57,283 bases of DNA, filler included, from a bacterium (GCA_040757115.1; 3 parts of 3 records of this genome joined end to end with filler, not necessarily neighbours in it); one strand, 5' to 3'. Shown: positions 9,567 through 18,549, counted from the whole stretch's first letter. Numbers and translations are program-made. The notes: generated by a model not told the origin, from the letters alone.

Positions 9567-9944
9567 ATGCCAGCAGGAGATGGAACTGGGCCAATGGGAA
9601 TGGGACCAATGACTGGTCGAGCAGCAGGCTACTGTGCTGGATACCAGATGCCAGGCTATGCTAATCCAATTCCAGGTCGGGGATTTGGCATGGGTTTTGG
9701 CCGCGGCAGAGGTTTTGGTATGGGCCGTGGTAGAGGCTTTAGGCATTGGTATTACGCTACCGGACTGCCAGGTTGGGCAAGATTTGGCTATCCACCAGCC
9801 TATCCTTACGAGCCTGAATTGAATCCAGAGCAGGAGAAAAGAATGCTCCAGGATGAAGCCAATGCCCTAAAGCAGAGCCTTCAGGATGTGGAAAGCCGCA
9901 TCAGTGCTTTAGAGGAAGCAACTAAGAAGGCGGGAGGCATATGA
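9567..9944 (+). CDS. DUF5320-family RG-rich protein
   Basis: MPAGDGTGPMGMGPMTGRAAGYCAG N-terminus, GRGRG repeats, C-terminal coiled coil. Confidence 0.85.
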   Translation: MPAGDGTGPMGMGPMTGRAAGYCAGYQMPGYANPIPGRGFGMGFGRGRGFGMGRGRGFRHWYYATGLPGWARFGYPPAYPYEPELNPEQEKRMLQDEANALKQSLQDVESRISALEEATKKAGGI

Positions 9945-10333
9945 ACGCAGATTTACAGGATGCCAGAAAGATATACTCAGAAAAGGTAATCGAAAACTTT
10001 ATGCAGCCTCAGAATGTGGGTAAGATTGAAGATGCAGATGCTATCGGGACTATAAAAGGTATTTGTGGCGATACCATGCAGATATGTTTTAAGGTAGCCA
10101 ATGGTAAAATCACAGAGATCAGATTTATTACCGATGGTTGCGGGCCAACTATTGCCTGCGGCAGTATGGCTACTCAACTGGCTAAAGGCAAAAGTATTCA
10201 GGAAGCAATGAAGATTTCTCCCAATGATATCCTGGAAGGCTTAGATGGGCTGCCAGAAGACCATCTTCATTGTGCTATTTTAGCAGTAATGACACTTTAC
10301 GGTGCGATAAGTAGATACTTATTATCCAAATAA
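9941..10333 (+). CDS. NifU/IscU-type Fe-S scaffold protein
   Basis: YSEKVIENF..PQNVG, CGD, GCG..IACGS, HCAILA. Confidence 0.9.
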   Translation: MNADLQDARKIYSEKVIENFMQPQNVGKIEDADAIGTIKGICGDTMQICFKVANGKITEIRFITDGCGPTIACGSMATQLAKGKSIQEAMKISPNDILEGLDGLPEDHLHCAILAVMTLYGAISRYLLSK

Positions 10334-10336
10334 CAC

Positions 10337-10411
10337 GGCGGTGTAGCCAAGCAGAGAAGGTAGAGGTCTGCAAAACCTCCATCCTCGGTGCAAATCCGGG
10401 CGCCGCCTCCA
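10337..10411 (+). tRNA. tRNA-Cys(GCA), atypical D and T loops
   Basis: Acceptor GGCGGTG/CGCCGCC, U73, encoded CCA; anticodon arm GAGGT-CTGCAAA-ACCTC; T arm CTCGG-TGCAAAT-CCGGG. Confidence 0.9.
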
Positions 10412-10438
10412 GAGTTAAAAAAGAGAAAGGTGATTAAA

Positions 10439-10777
10439 ATGCCAAGAGGAAATGGAACAGGACCAGCAGGAATGGGACCAGGAACCGGCATGGGTAGAGG
10501 TGGCTGTATTCCTGGTGCAGGAATGGGAGCAGGTAGAGGGGGTGGCTTTTCTGGTGGAAGAGGTAGTGGCTGGTTGGGACTTATAGGGGCCCTACCGTAT
10601 ATTATCAGCCAGTTTCGCCAGATAAAGAAACCAGCAGCACTAAAAGCCTCCCAACTAAATAATCAACCAGTACCTGCAACTACACCAGAGCAAGAAAGGA
10701 AACAGCTTGAGAGCCAATTAGTAGAGATTAAACAGCAGATGAATGCTATTGAGCAACGCCTGGCAGAACTCAAATAA
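10439..10777 (+). CDS. DUF5320-like Gly/Arg-rich protein
   Basis: MPRGNGTGPAGMGPGTGMGRGGC start, coiled-coil tail; start moved to ATG 10439 because the longer ORF overlaps the tRNA. Confidence 0.75.
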   Translation: MPRGNGTGPAGMGPGTGMGRGGCIPGAGMGAGRGGGFSGGRGSGWLGLIGALPYIISQFRQIKKPAALKASQLNNQPVPATTPEQERKQLESQLVEIKQQMNAIEQRLAELK

Positions 10778-10857
10778 TTGGTAACTGGTAACTGGTAATT
10801 GGTGATTGGTAATTGGTAACTGGTAATTGGTGATTGGTAACCATTTAACCAATTACC
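10776..10857. repeat. Heptamer (TGGTAAY) tandem repeat with inverted arm
   Basis: (TGGTAAC/TGGTGAT)n then CCATTTAACCAATTACC; same family near 9005-9065, 11546-11662, 16005-16068, 49355-49415, 49495-49568. Confidence 0.85.
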
Positions 10858-11144
10858 CAGGGTTCTGCAAAATAGGATTTTGGGGAGACAACAAATAAAT
10901 ATTAAATATCAAAATTACAAATCAAATTTCAAAGAGGAAGTAACAAGGTTTCTCAAAGAGTTGGAGGAATTTGGTAATATCTTTGCTTCAAGTATTTTAA
11001 CGCTGAAAGGAAAGAGATAATTTTACATTTTGATATGTAATTTTTATATTTGCTTTTTGCATTTTGCTTTGGAGAAAATTGATAAAAATAGAGGCTTTAA
11101 ATACCCGCTTAAAAACTACAGTTTCCTAATTTTGCAGAACCCTG
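10858..11144. mobile_element. MITE (TIR CAGGGTTCTGCAAAA) carrying the 3' remnant of a four-helix-bundle gene
   Basis: Perfect 15-bp TIR, 11-bp flanking direct repeat AACCAATTACC; interior encodes EEVTRFLKELEEFGNIFASSILTLKGKR*. Confidence 0.88.
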
Positions 11145-11175
11145 AACCAATTACCAAAAAAGGAGGGAAGAATTG

Positions 11176-11538
11176 ATGAAGGTAGCTATAACCGCACAAG
11201 GAGGTTCAATGGATTCTATGGTTGACCCGCGATTTGGACGGGCAAGATTCTTTGTGGTCTGTGATACCGAAACAGACAGCTTTGAGGTGGTTGATAACCA
11301 GCAGAATCTTCAAGCTATGCAGGGCGCAGGTATCCAGGCAGCACAGAATGTTGTCAGTACTGGAGCCCAAGTAGTCATGACCGGCAACTGCGGGCCAAAG
11401 GCATTTATGACCTTGCAAGCAGCAGGAATTAAAATTGTTATTGGGGCAGAGGGGAAGGTATCCGAAATGCTTGAGAAATTCAAGAAGGGTGAGTGTCAAT
11501 ATGCTCAGAATCCCAATGTTGAAGGACATTGGGTATAA
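11176..11538 (+). CDS. NifB/NifX-family (orange protein-like) protein
   Basis: VDPRFGRARFF, GAGIQAAQ, TGNCGPKAF, PNVEGHW. Confidence 0.9.
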   Translation: MKVAITAQGGSMDSMVDPRFGRARFFVVCDTETDSFEVVDNQQNLQAMQGAGIQAAQNVVSTGAQVVMTGNCGPKAFMTLQAAGIKIVIGAEGKVSEMLEKFKKGECQYAQNPNVEGHWV

Positions 11539-11545
11539 ATTTAGT

Positions 11546-11662
11546 CTGGTAATTGGTAACTGGTAATTGGTGATTGGTAATTGGTGATTGGTAATTGGTG
11601 ATTGGTAACTGGTGATTGGTGATTGGTAACCATTTAACCAATTACCATTTAACCAGTTACCA
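11546..11662. repeat. Heptamer tandem repeat / imperfect palindrome
   Basis: About 12 TGGTRAY units followed by about 4 inverted units just before the mrp RBS. Confidence 0.85.
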
Positions 11663-11677
11663 AAAGGAGGAAATAAA

Positions 11678-12943
11678 ATGTCAGAAGATAAAACATGTCA
11701 GAGTTGCTCAACAGATAGTTGTTCGGCTCAAGGGAAGAGGGCTGATGAGAGTATCCAAGAGTTCCAGGAGCGGCAGCAGCTTGCCCACCGAATGTGCCAG
11801 ATAAAGCATAAGATAATGGTGTTATCTGGTAAGGGTGGGGTAGGTAAAAGCACGGTTGCAGCAAACTTAGCTGTCTCTCTTACTTTAGCAGGCAAAAAGG
11901 TAGGCCTGCTGGATGTAGACATCCACGGTCCCAGTATTCCAACCTTACTTAACTTAGAAAGACGGATGGTAGATGTTGGGACCGATGTTATCTATCCGAT
12001 TAGTATTGGCGATAATTTGAAGGTTATGTCCATTGGTTTGCTCTTGCAGGGAGACTCCCAGGCGGTCATCTGGCGTGGGCCATTAAAGATGGGTGCAATC
12101 AAACAATTTCTCAAGGATGTTGAATGGGGACAACTTGATTATTTGATAATTGATTCACCACCAGGTACAGGGGATGAACCATTATCAGTGTGCCAGTTGA
12201 TTGAAGATGCAGATGGAGCAATTATTGTCACCACACCTCAAAAGGTATCCCTGGTAGATGTGAAAAAGTCGGTTAATTTCTGCCATATGCTTAATCTGCC
12301 CGTTTTAGGTGTGTTAGAGAATATGAGTGGGTTTGTCTGCCCGCAATGCGGTAAGCAAGTGGATGTGTTTAAGTCGGGCGGTGGAGAGAAGCTGGCTAAG
12401 GCCTTTGGTGTGCCTTTCCTGGGACGGATACCGATCGATCCTGATATTGTTCATTCTTGCGATGATGGTAAACCTTATGTCTATCACTATTCCCATTCTG
12501 AAACAGCAAAAGCATTTGCCAGAGCAACTGTTCCTATCCTGGAGATGGACGGAAAAGGTGAAGTTACCAATCACCAGTTACCAATTACCAAAAACAAGGA
12601 GGATGGTAAGATGAGAATTGCTATGCCGATAGCAGAAGGACAACTCTGTATGCACTTCGGCCACTCAGAGAAATTTGCCTTCTTTGATGTTGAGGATGGC
12701 CGGATTAAACAGACACAGATGCTCACCCCACCACCTCATGCCCCTGGTGTTATCCCTAAATGGGTGCATGAGCAGGGGGCAACAGTTGTTATTGCCGGAG
12801 GGATGGGACAGCGGGCAGTAAGCCTGTTTGAGCAACAAGGTGTGCATGTGGTCGTTGGTGCTCCAGGCCATACCCCAGAAGAAATTGTTAATGCCTACCT
12901 TAATGGCACACTTGAGGTAGGTGCTAATGTGTGCGACCATTAA
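11678..12943 (+). CDS. mrp: Mrp/ApbC Fe-S carrier ATPase fused to a NifB/NifX domain
   Basis: [43 protein letters not shown]-terminal HFGH..PPPHAPG..GGMG..NVCDH. Confidence 0.92.
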   Translation: MSEDKTCQSCSTDSCSAQGKRADESIQEFQERQQLAHRMCQIKHKIMVLSGKGGVGKSTVAANLAVSLTLAGKKVGLLDVDIHGPSIPTLLNLERRMVDVGTDVIYPISIGDNLKVMSIGLLLQGDSQAVIWRGPLKMGAIKQFLKDVEWGQLDYLIIDSPPGTGDEPLSVCQLIEDADGAIIVTTPQKVSLVDVKKSVNFCHMLNLPVLGVLENMSGFVCPQCGKQVDVFKSGGGEKLAKAFGVPFLGRIPIDPDIVHSCDDGKPYVYHYSHSETAKAFARATVPILEMDGKGEVTNHQLPITKNKEDGKMRIAMPIAEGQLCMHFGHSEKFAFFDVEDGRIKQTQMLTPPPHAPGVIPKWVHEQGATVVIAGGMGQRAVSLFEQQGVHVVVGAPGHTPEEIVNAYLNGTLEVGANVCDH

Positions 12944-12980
12944 GTATCACCGGAATTTATCCTTTATGGAGGGTTAGAAG

Positions 12981-13151
12981 ATGGGTTTAAAGATTATCTT
13001 AGGAATACTAATTGGTGGAGGAATAGGGTTTGCAGTGGGCTATTTTGGCCATTGCTCCAGTGGAACTTGCCCGTTGACCAGTAATCCGTGGGTAAGCACC
13101 TTTTTGGGAATGGCAATTGGTGCAGCTATAGGGTTTAATCTTGGGAAATAG
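12981..13151 (+). CDS. DUF6132-like small membrane protein (56 aa, absent from ORF track)
   Basis: MGLKIILGILIGGGIGFAVGYFGHCSSGTCPLTSNPW...; GGAGG RBS; fills the operon gap. Confidence 0.8.
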   Translation: MGLKIILGILIGGGIGFAVGYFGHCSSGTCPLTSNPWVSTFLGMAIGAAIGFNLGK

Positions 13152-13164
13152 AAAGGAGTTGTTA

Positions 13165-14508
13165 ATGCCTGAAAAAGTTGTGATTATTGGTGGTGGTGTG
13201 GCTGGAACTAATCTGGCTAAAAAGCTGGTGGACAAAAACAGGGGGTTTGAGATTACCCTGGTTAAAAAGGAAACCCATGCCAGTTACTCTCCCTGCGGCA
13301 TACCGGATGTGTTGTCTGGCAAAATATCCGGGATGGAGAGTATCCTGAAAGACTCTCTGGATAATTACCTCACAAAACGAGGGGGGACAATCAAATCCGG
13401 AGTTAGGGTGACAAAACTTAATATAAACTCTAAGACCGTGGAGACCGATGTAGGAGAGACTTTAGGTTTCGATGTGCTGGTTATCGCTACTGGCCGCAGG
13501 CCGGCTATACCCAAGCTAAATGGTATAGGGCTGAAAGGGGTTTATAGTCTGTGTGATCTGGAAGACAGCCTCAGATTATATGATGCCCTAAGAGAGGCAG
13601 AGAGAGCGGTGATTATTGGAGCCGGGCCTATTGGGCTGGAGTGTGCCACTGCCTTTAGAGACCAGGGGATAAAAACCAGCCTGGTTGAAGCAAAGTCCCA
13701 CCTTTTACCCGGTCTGCTTGATGAGGATATGGCCGGGCTGGTTGAAGCTAAACTTAAGGCGCAGGGGGTGAATATCTTTACCTCCGAACAGGTTACTGAG
13801 ATAAATGGGAAGGATGCGGTTGAGTCTGTAAGGGTTAATGATAGTGAAATCAGGGCAGACCTTGTTCTGGTGGCCACAGGGATTTGGCCAAACAGTGAAT
13901 TGGCAAAGGAGGCTGGCATTGAGGTTGGTGTGAATAACGGTATCCTGGTAGATTCAAGACACCGGGTAATAAAGGATAGCCAAGCATTAGCTGATGTCTA
14001 TGCCCTGGGTGACTGCGTAGAGGTCAAAAACAGAATTACCGGCACTTACCAGCTTTCTCCAATAGTTTCTACCGCGGTGCTTGCTTCCAGAATAATAGCC
14101 GAAAATATCTGCGGGGAAGATATTTGCCTGGATAGTTACCTCAGTCCTTATATCATGGTGGCCGGCGGTCTTGAGATTGGGGCGGTGGGTATAATTTCAC
14201 ACCAGGCAGAACAGATTGGGGCTAATATTGTCATAGGAAAAGGCTCCGGGCATACTAAGGTAAATTATTACCCGGAGGCTAAAAAGATGACCGTAAAACT
14301 TCTTTCAGACAGAGAGTATTTGCTTGGTGCCCAGATTGTGGGTGGTGAAGATGTGAAGGAAAGAATCAATGCTATTACTGGGTTGATTCATTTAAAGGTG
14401 AAGGTGCAGGATATTCTACAGATGGAGCGCTGCTTTACCCCATCTCTTTGCACCTCAAGAGATGCTTTCCAAAGGGCCGTTGAAGAATTGTTAGGTGTTT
14501 TGGCATGA
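13165..14508 (+). CDS. CoA-disulfide reductase / NADH oxidase-family flavoprotein
   Basis: GGGVAG, SYSPCGIP, ATG, IGAGPIGLE, YALGDC; ATG 13165 behind AAGGAG. Confidence 0.88.
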   Translation: MPEKVVIIGGGVAGTNLAKKLVDKNRGFEITLVKKETHASYSPCGIPDVLSGKISGMESILKDSLDNYLTKRGGTIKSGVRVTKLNINSKTVETDVGETLGFDVLVIATGRRPAIPKLNGIGLKGVYSLCDLEDSLRLYDALREAERAVIIGAGPIGLECATAFRDQGIKTSLVEAKSHLLPGLLDEDMAGLVEAKLKAQGVNIFTSEQVTEINGKDAVESVRVNDSEIRADLVLVATGIWPNSELAKEAGIEVGVNNGILVDSRHRVIKDSQALADVYALGDCVEVKNRITGTYQLSPIVSTAVLASRIIAENICGEDICLDSYLSPYIMVAGGLEIGAVGIISHQAEQIGANIVIGKGSGHTKVNYYPEAKKMTVKLLSDREYLLGAQIVGGEDVKERINAITGLIHLKVKVQDILQMERCFTPSLCTSRDAFQRAVEELLGVLA

Positions 14509-15143
14509 GCTTGAAAGAATACATCCCAAATTTTACCAATAAAGAGATAGAGGATAATCATACTCGTTTTATCGAAAGGGTTGAACTTTATAGGCAAAAG
14601 GGGCTTGATCATAACAAGAACCGTAGATTTATCCTCGAAAAAGCCGCTCCCCTAAAAGGCAGAATCCTTGAGCTTGGCACTGGTACCGGTTATACAACTC
14701 TGGCTCTGGCAAAAGCAGGATATGAGGTAACTGCTGTGGATAGTGATGAGGAAATGCTCAGAATTACTGCCCTGAACCTTGCTTATGAAAGACTTCTAAC
14801 AAAGGTTAGACTTTTTATAATGGATGCCGCCTCGCTTGTTTTCGACAGCTATAGCTTCGATAATGTGATAGCCGTCGCCCTATTTCATCACCTTGCTGAG
14901 CCTGAGAGGGTGCTTTCTGAAATGGATAGGGTGTTAAAAGAAAAGGGCAAAATTATCATCGCTGATTTTAATGAGAGGGGGATGGAGCTAATAAGAGCTG
15001 TTCATAAGAAAGAAGAGCGGGAGCATCAGGACTTAGGTGTTGGCAGGGAAAAGGTTCTTTCATATTTATCGGGTTTGGGATATGATATAGAAGATTATGC
15101 GGATGAGTTTCAGTGGGTCTTAATCGCTGTAAAAGGAGCCTAA
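14505..15143 (+). CDS. Class I SAM-dependent methyltransferase
   Basis: ILELGTGTG, MDA..L.F..FD, FHHL..P..LSEM.RVLK. Confidence 0.88.
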   Translation: MSLKEYIPNFTNKEIEDNHTRFIERVELYRQKGLDHNKNRRFILEKAAPLKGRILELGTGTGYTTLALAKAGYEVTAVDSDEEMLRITALNLAYERLLTKVRLFIMDAASLVFDSYSFDNVIAVALFHHLAEPERVLSEMDRVLKEKGKIIIADFNERGMELIRAVHKKEEREHQDLGVGREKVLSYLSGLGYDIEDYADEFQWVLIAVKGA

Positions 15144-15147
15144 CAGA

Positions 15148-16011
15148 ATGAAAACATACTTAGATTGTATACCATGCTTCTTCAAACAGGCCCTTGATGC
15201 AGCCAGGATTGCCGGTTGTAATGAGGCAAAACAGAAAGAGATATTGGATAAATTATGTAAATTAATATCTGAATTCGATCTCAACAGTTCTCCACCTGTG
15301 ATGGGCAGGGCTTTCTATCGGCTGGTTGAGAAGGTATCTGGTAACTCTGACCCGTTCAATGAGGTTAAGGAAAAGGCCAACAAACTGGCCGTGGGGCTTT
15401 ATCCAAAACTAAAGGAGTTAGTAGAGCACTCAGAGGATAGGCTGCTTATGGCCATAGAACTGGCTATTTCTGGCAATGTAATAGACTATGGGGTTAAGAA
15501 TCAGCTGGATGTTGATTCCCAGATAGAAAGGGTTTTAAGCGGTAAATTCCCCACCCAAACCAAGGCATTATTTGAGTACAAAAGATTTAAGGAGGCACTG
15601 GCCAGTGCTGAGACAATCCTGTATCTGACCGATAATACAGGAGAAATACTCTTTGATAGGATTTTGATTGAGGAGCTTAACAAAGAGGTTGTCTGTGCCC
15701 TGAGGGATAAACCTATTATAAATGATGCTACTATTGAAGATGCTAAGTATTGCGGATTGGATAAAGCAGCTGTGGTAATCTCATCTGGCTGTGATGCCCC
15801 GGGAATACTTTTAGACCGCTGCTCTGAAGAATTTCTCCACCTTTATGAGCAGGCAGATTTGATTATCAGCAAAGGCCAAGGGAATTTTGAGGCACTAACA
15901 GATGAAGATAAACCAATATACTTTTTATTTAAGGTGAAATGCCCGGTAGTGGCTAAAGATGTCGGTGGTGAAGTTGGAGATATAGTTCTAAAGGGACCGG
16001 ATAAATGGTAA
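15148..16011 (+). CDS. ARMT1/DUF89 damage-control phosphatase
   Basis: CIPC, GNVIDYG, DNTGE, PIINDAT, SKGQGNFE, KVKC. Confidence 0.9.
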   Translation: MKTYLDCIPCFFKQALDAARIAGCNEAKQKEILDKLCKLISEFDLNSSPPVMGRAFYRLVEKVSGNSDPFNEVKEKANKLAVGLYPKLKELVEHSEDRLLMAIELAISGNVIDYGVKNQLDVDSQIERVLSGKFPTQTKALFEYKRFKEALASAETILYLTDNTGEILFDRILIEELNKEVVCALRDKPIINDATIEDAKYCGLDKAAVVISSGCDAPGILLDRCSEEFLHLYEQADLIISKGQGNFEALTDEDKPIYFLFKVKCPVVAKDVGGEVGDIVLKGPDKW

Positions 16012-16086
16012 CTGGTTAACTGGTAACTGGTTACCAGTTACCAGTTACCAATTACCAATTACCACCAATAAAGGAAACATACTTCT

Positions 16087-16797
16087 ATGAAGATTAAGAT
16101 ATTGGCGGATAGCTATGCAGTAAGCAGAAGGTTTTCTACAGGTTGGGGTGTAGCCTTTTTAATTGGGGAGGAGCTGTTATTTGATACTGGAGAGCGGGGA
16201 GAGATATTGTTTCATAATATGGAGCAGATGGGTGTCTCAGCCACAGATTTAAAAACGGTGGTTATCTCCCATGACCACTGGGACCATACCGGAGGACTGT
16301 GGGCGCTGTTAGAGCAGAATCCTCAGATTAAAGTTTATGCCTGTCCTAATTTTAGCTCGGAATTCAAGGAGAAGGTCGGCTTCGCTGGAGCAGAGCTGAT
16401 TGAAGCCAGCCGCTTTACTCAGATAGCCGAAGATATTTACACCACCGGTGAGATTGCCGGGACATACAATGACAAGTATATGGCTGAGCAGGCATTAATA
16501 GTTAAATCCCAGAGAGGACTGACAATCCTTACTGGCTGTGCCCATCCAGGGATAATTAAGATTCTGGAGAAGGTGAAAGAAAATCTGGCGGAAGACATCT
16601 ATTTAGTTATGGGTGGATTCCATCTAATAGAAGCAGATGAACGGGTTGTTGACTTAATTATAGATAGGTTTTGCCAGTTAGAGATAGCCTCAGTTGCTCC
16701 TACCCATTGCAGCGGTGAAGAAACAAAGGCGTTATTTAAAAAAGAGTATCAGAATGACTTTATACCTGTAAAAACAGGAATGGCCATAGAGGTTTGA
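16087..16797 (+). CDS. MBL-fold metallo-hydrolase
   Basis: LFDTG, SHDHWDHTGG, GCAHPG, GGFH, PTHCSG. Confidence 0.9.
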   Translation: MKIKILADSYAVSRRFSTGWGVAFLIGEELLFDTGERGEILFHNMEQMGVSATDLKTVVISHDHWDHTGGLWALLEQNPQIKVYACPNFSSEFKEKVGFAGAELIEASRFTQIAEDIYTTGEIAGTYNDKYMAEQALIVKSQRGLTILTGCAHPGIIKILEKVKENLAEDIYLVMGGFHLIEADERVVDLIIDRFCQLEIASVAPTHCSGEETKALFKKEYQNDFIPVKTGMAIEV

Positions 16798-16813
16798 TAG
16801 GAGGTGATGAGCT

Positions 16814-17035
16814 ATGCCTATATATGAATATAGATGCCAGAAATGTGGTGAGAAGTTTGAGCTTCTGCAAGGGATAAATGAAACTCCTGTATGCAATAGT
16901 TGTGGAAGTAAAGAGTTGTCCAGGATCTTCTCCTCAGCAGCAGTGATGGGTGGAAGTAGCCAGACAGAGGCTTCAGGCAGTTGTTGTGGATTAACCAATC
17001 CCTGTAGTGAGCCCAAAAGATGCTGTGGGGCTTAA
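16814..17035 (+). CDS. FmdB-family zinc-ribbon protein
   Basis: MPIYEYRCQKCG..CNSCGS..SRIFS, Cys-rich tail. Confidence 0.88.
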   Translation: MPIYEYRCQKCGEKFELLQGINETPVCNSCGSKELSRIFSSAAVMGGSSQTEASGSCCGLTNPCSEPKRCCGA

Positions 17036-17063
17036 AATAGGGCTGGCAGAGTCGCAGAAAAAA

Positions 17064-17333
17064 TTAAGGTTGTTTCAGAACCTTATTATGGGGGCCTACC
17101 CGGCGAAGGATATAAGTATCTTTTTCAATCTTGAAGGAGAATCGGATACCTTTGGTGATTCTTCCTTCCCAGATGCCTTTCTTGCCCTTCTCTCCTTCCA
17201 TCTTTTTAGTGTGGAGGGATGGATGGTGAGGATTTTTTAGAAGAAGCCGAATCTGTTTATTTATCTGTTCTTGAGTTTGAATAGGTAGATTTTTATAGTC
17301 ATACTTAAAGCTATCAGTATAACGAGCCTTCAT
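17064..17333 (-). CDS. RelE/YafQ-like type II toxin
   Basis: 89 aa, basic; NPHHPSLHTKK..IWEGRI..R..F..LRRVGPH. Confidence 0.75.
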   Translation of the reverse strand: MKARYTDSFKYDYKNLPIQTQEQINKQIRLLLKNPHHPSLHTKKMEGEKGKKGIWEGRITKGIRFSFKIEKDTYILRRVGPHNKVLKQP

Positions 17334-17336
17334 ATA

Positions 17337-17588
17337 TTAACTCCTAAGAGATTTAATTAAATCTTCAGGATTATCAAAGGGACCTGTTAGCCGTCCAGCT
17401 TTAATATCCTCATCCGCTTCGGCTTCTGCCTTCTCCCAATCCCAGTTATCGAAGTATGGTGGAAGGGTAAGAACATCATCTAAAATCTCTTTTACGGCTT
17501 CGTCTCTTGAAGGCTTATGATGAGTTTCGCAATACTCATCTACACGGACTAATAAATCATCTGGTATCTGAATTGTTAGGGTAGTCAT
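17337..17588 (-). CDS. Ribbon-helix-helix antitoxin
   Basis: TLTIQIPDDLL.RVD..SRDEAV; acidic EAEADEDIKAGR..F tail; directly upstream of the toxin. Confidence 0.72.
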   Translation of the reverse strand: MTTLTIQIPDDLLVRVDEYCETHHKPSRDEAVKEILDDVLTLPPYFDNWDWEKAEAEADEDIKAGRLTGPFDNPEDLIKSLRS

Positions 17589-17608
17589 CTTTATCACCTC
17601 ACCGATTT

Positions 17609-17637
17609 AGTATAACAGGTTTTATTGGAATTGTCAA
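17609..17637 (-). promoter_or_regulatory. sigma70 promoter of the TA pair
   Basis: TTGACA-N17-TATACT. Confidence 0.75.
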
Positions 17638-17663
17638 CAGATTTTTAGGAAAGGAAGGTAGAA

Positions 17664-18524
17664 ATGATTATTGCCGTTGCCAGTGGTAAAGGAGGGACAG
17701 GTAAGACCACTATTGCCGTAAATTTAGCCCTGTCGCTTGATTGTGTTCAGTTGTTAGACTGCGATGTGGAAGAACCTAATGCCCATATCTTTCTAAAGCC
17801 TGAGATTAGAGAAACTCAAACAGTAAACATTCCCGTGCCCAGGGTGGATGAAAGTAAATGCAACTATTGCAGCAAGTGTGCTAAGGTTTGTGCCTATAAT
17901 GCCATTGCGGTAATCAAGCAGAAGGTGCTAATCTTTCCTGAGATGTGCCATGGCTGTGGGGGCTGCACCTTGCTCTGCCCACAGGAGGCTATTAGCGAAG
18001 TTAATAAGGAGATTGGGGTGGTAGAGCTTGGGCAAAGCAATGGGGTGCAATTTGTCCATGGTAGGTTGAACATTGGTCAAGCTATGTCCCCGCCCCTTAT
18101 CCGGGCGGTTAAAAGGAATATCAATCCTACCCGACTCTGTATTATTGATGCCCCGCCAGGCACCTCCTGCCCGGTAATCGAGGCGGTCAAAGAAACGGAT
18201 TTCTGCCTGCTGGTGACTGAGCCGACCCCATTTGGTTTGTGTGACCTGGAACTGGCGGTTGAAGCGATTCGGCTCCTGAAAATTCCCTTTGGGGTGGTTA
18301 TCAACCGGGCAGATATTGGGGATGAGGGAGTAAGAGAATACTGCTTGCGAGAAAATATCCCTATTTTGATGGAGATTCCAATGGATAGAAGGATTGCTGA
18401 GGCTTATTCCATTGGGGTGCCTATGGTGAAAAGCCTGCCTGAATGGAAAGAGAGATTCAGAGAATTATATAGTTCCATCTCAGGGGTTTCGGAGGATGTT
18501 ATGGGTGTCAATAGTATTATATGA
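17664..18524 (+). CDS. MinD/ParA-like P-loop ATPase with inserted 2x[4Fe-4S] domain
   Basis: SGKGGTGKTT, DCDVEEPN, CNYCSKCAKVC, CHGCGGCTLLCP, DAPPGTSCP, VTEPTPFG. Confidence 0.9.
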   Translation: MIIAVASGKGGTGKTTIAVNLALSLDCVQLLDCDVEEPNAHIFLKPEIRETQTVNIPVPRVDESKCNYCSKCAKVCAYNAIAVIKQKVLIFPEMCHGCGGCTLLCPQEAISEVNKEIGVVELGQSNGVQFVHGRLNIGQAMSPPLIRAVKRNINPTRLCIIDAPPGTSCPVIEAVKETDFCLLVTEPTPFGLCDLELAVEAIRLLKIPFGVVINRADIGDEGVREYCLRENIPILMEIPMDRRIAEAYSIGVPMVKSLPEWKERFRELYSSISGVSEDVMGVNSII

Positions 18525-18549
18525 GTAAACGCTCCAATTAAATTGGAGG

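Noticed and set aside
9941-12943. Nitrogen fixation cluster
   Set aside because: Only generic NifU and NifB/NifX-domain proteins; no nifHDK.
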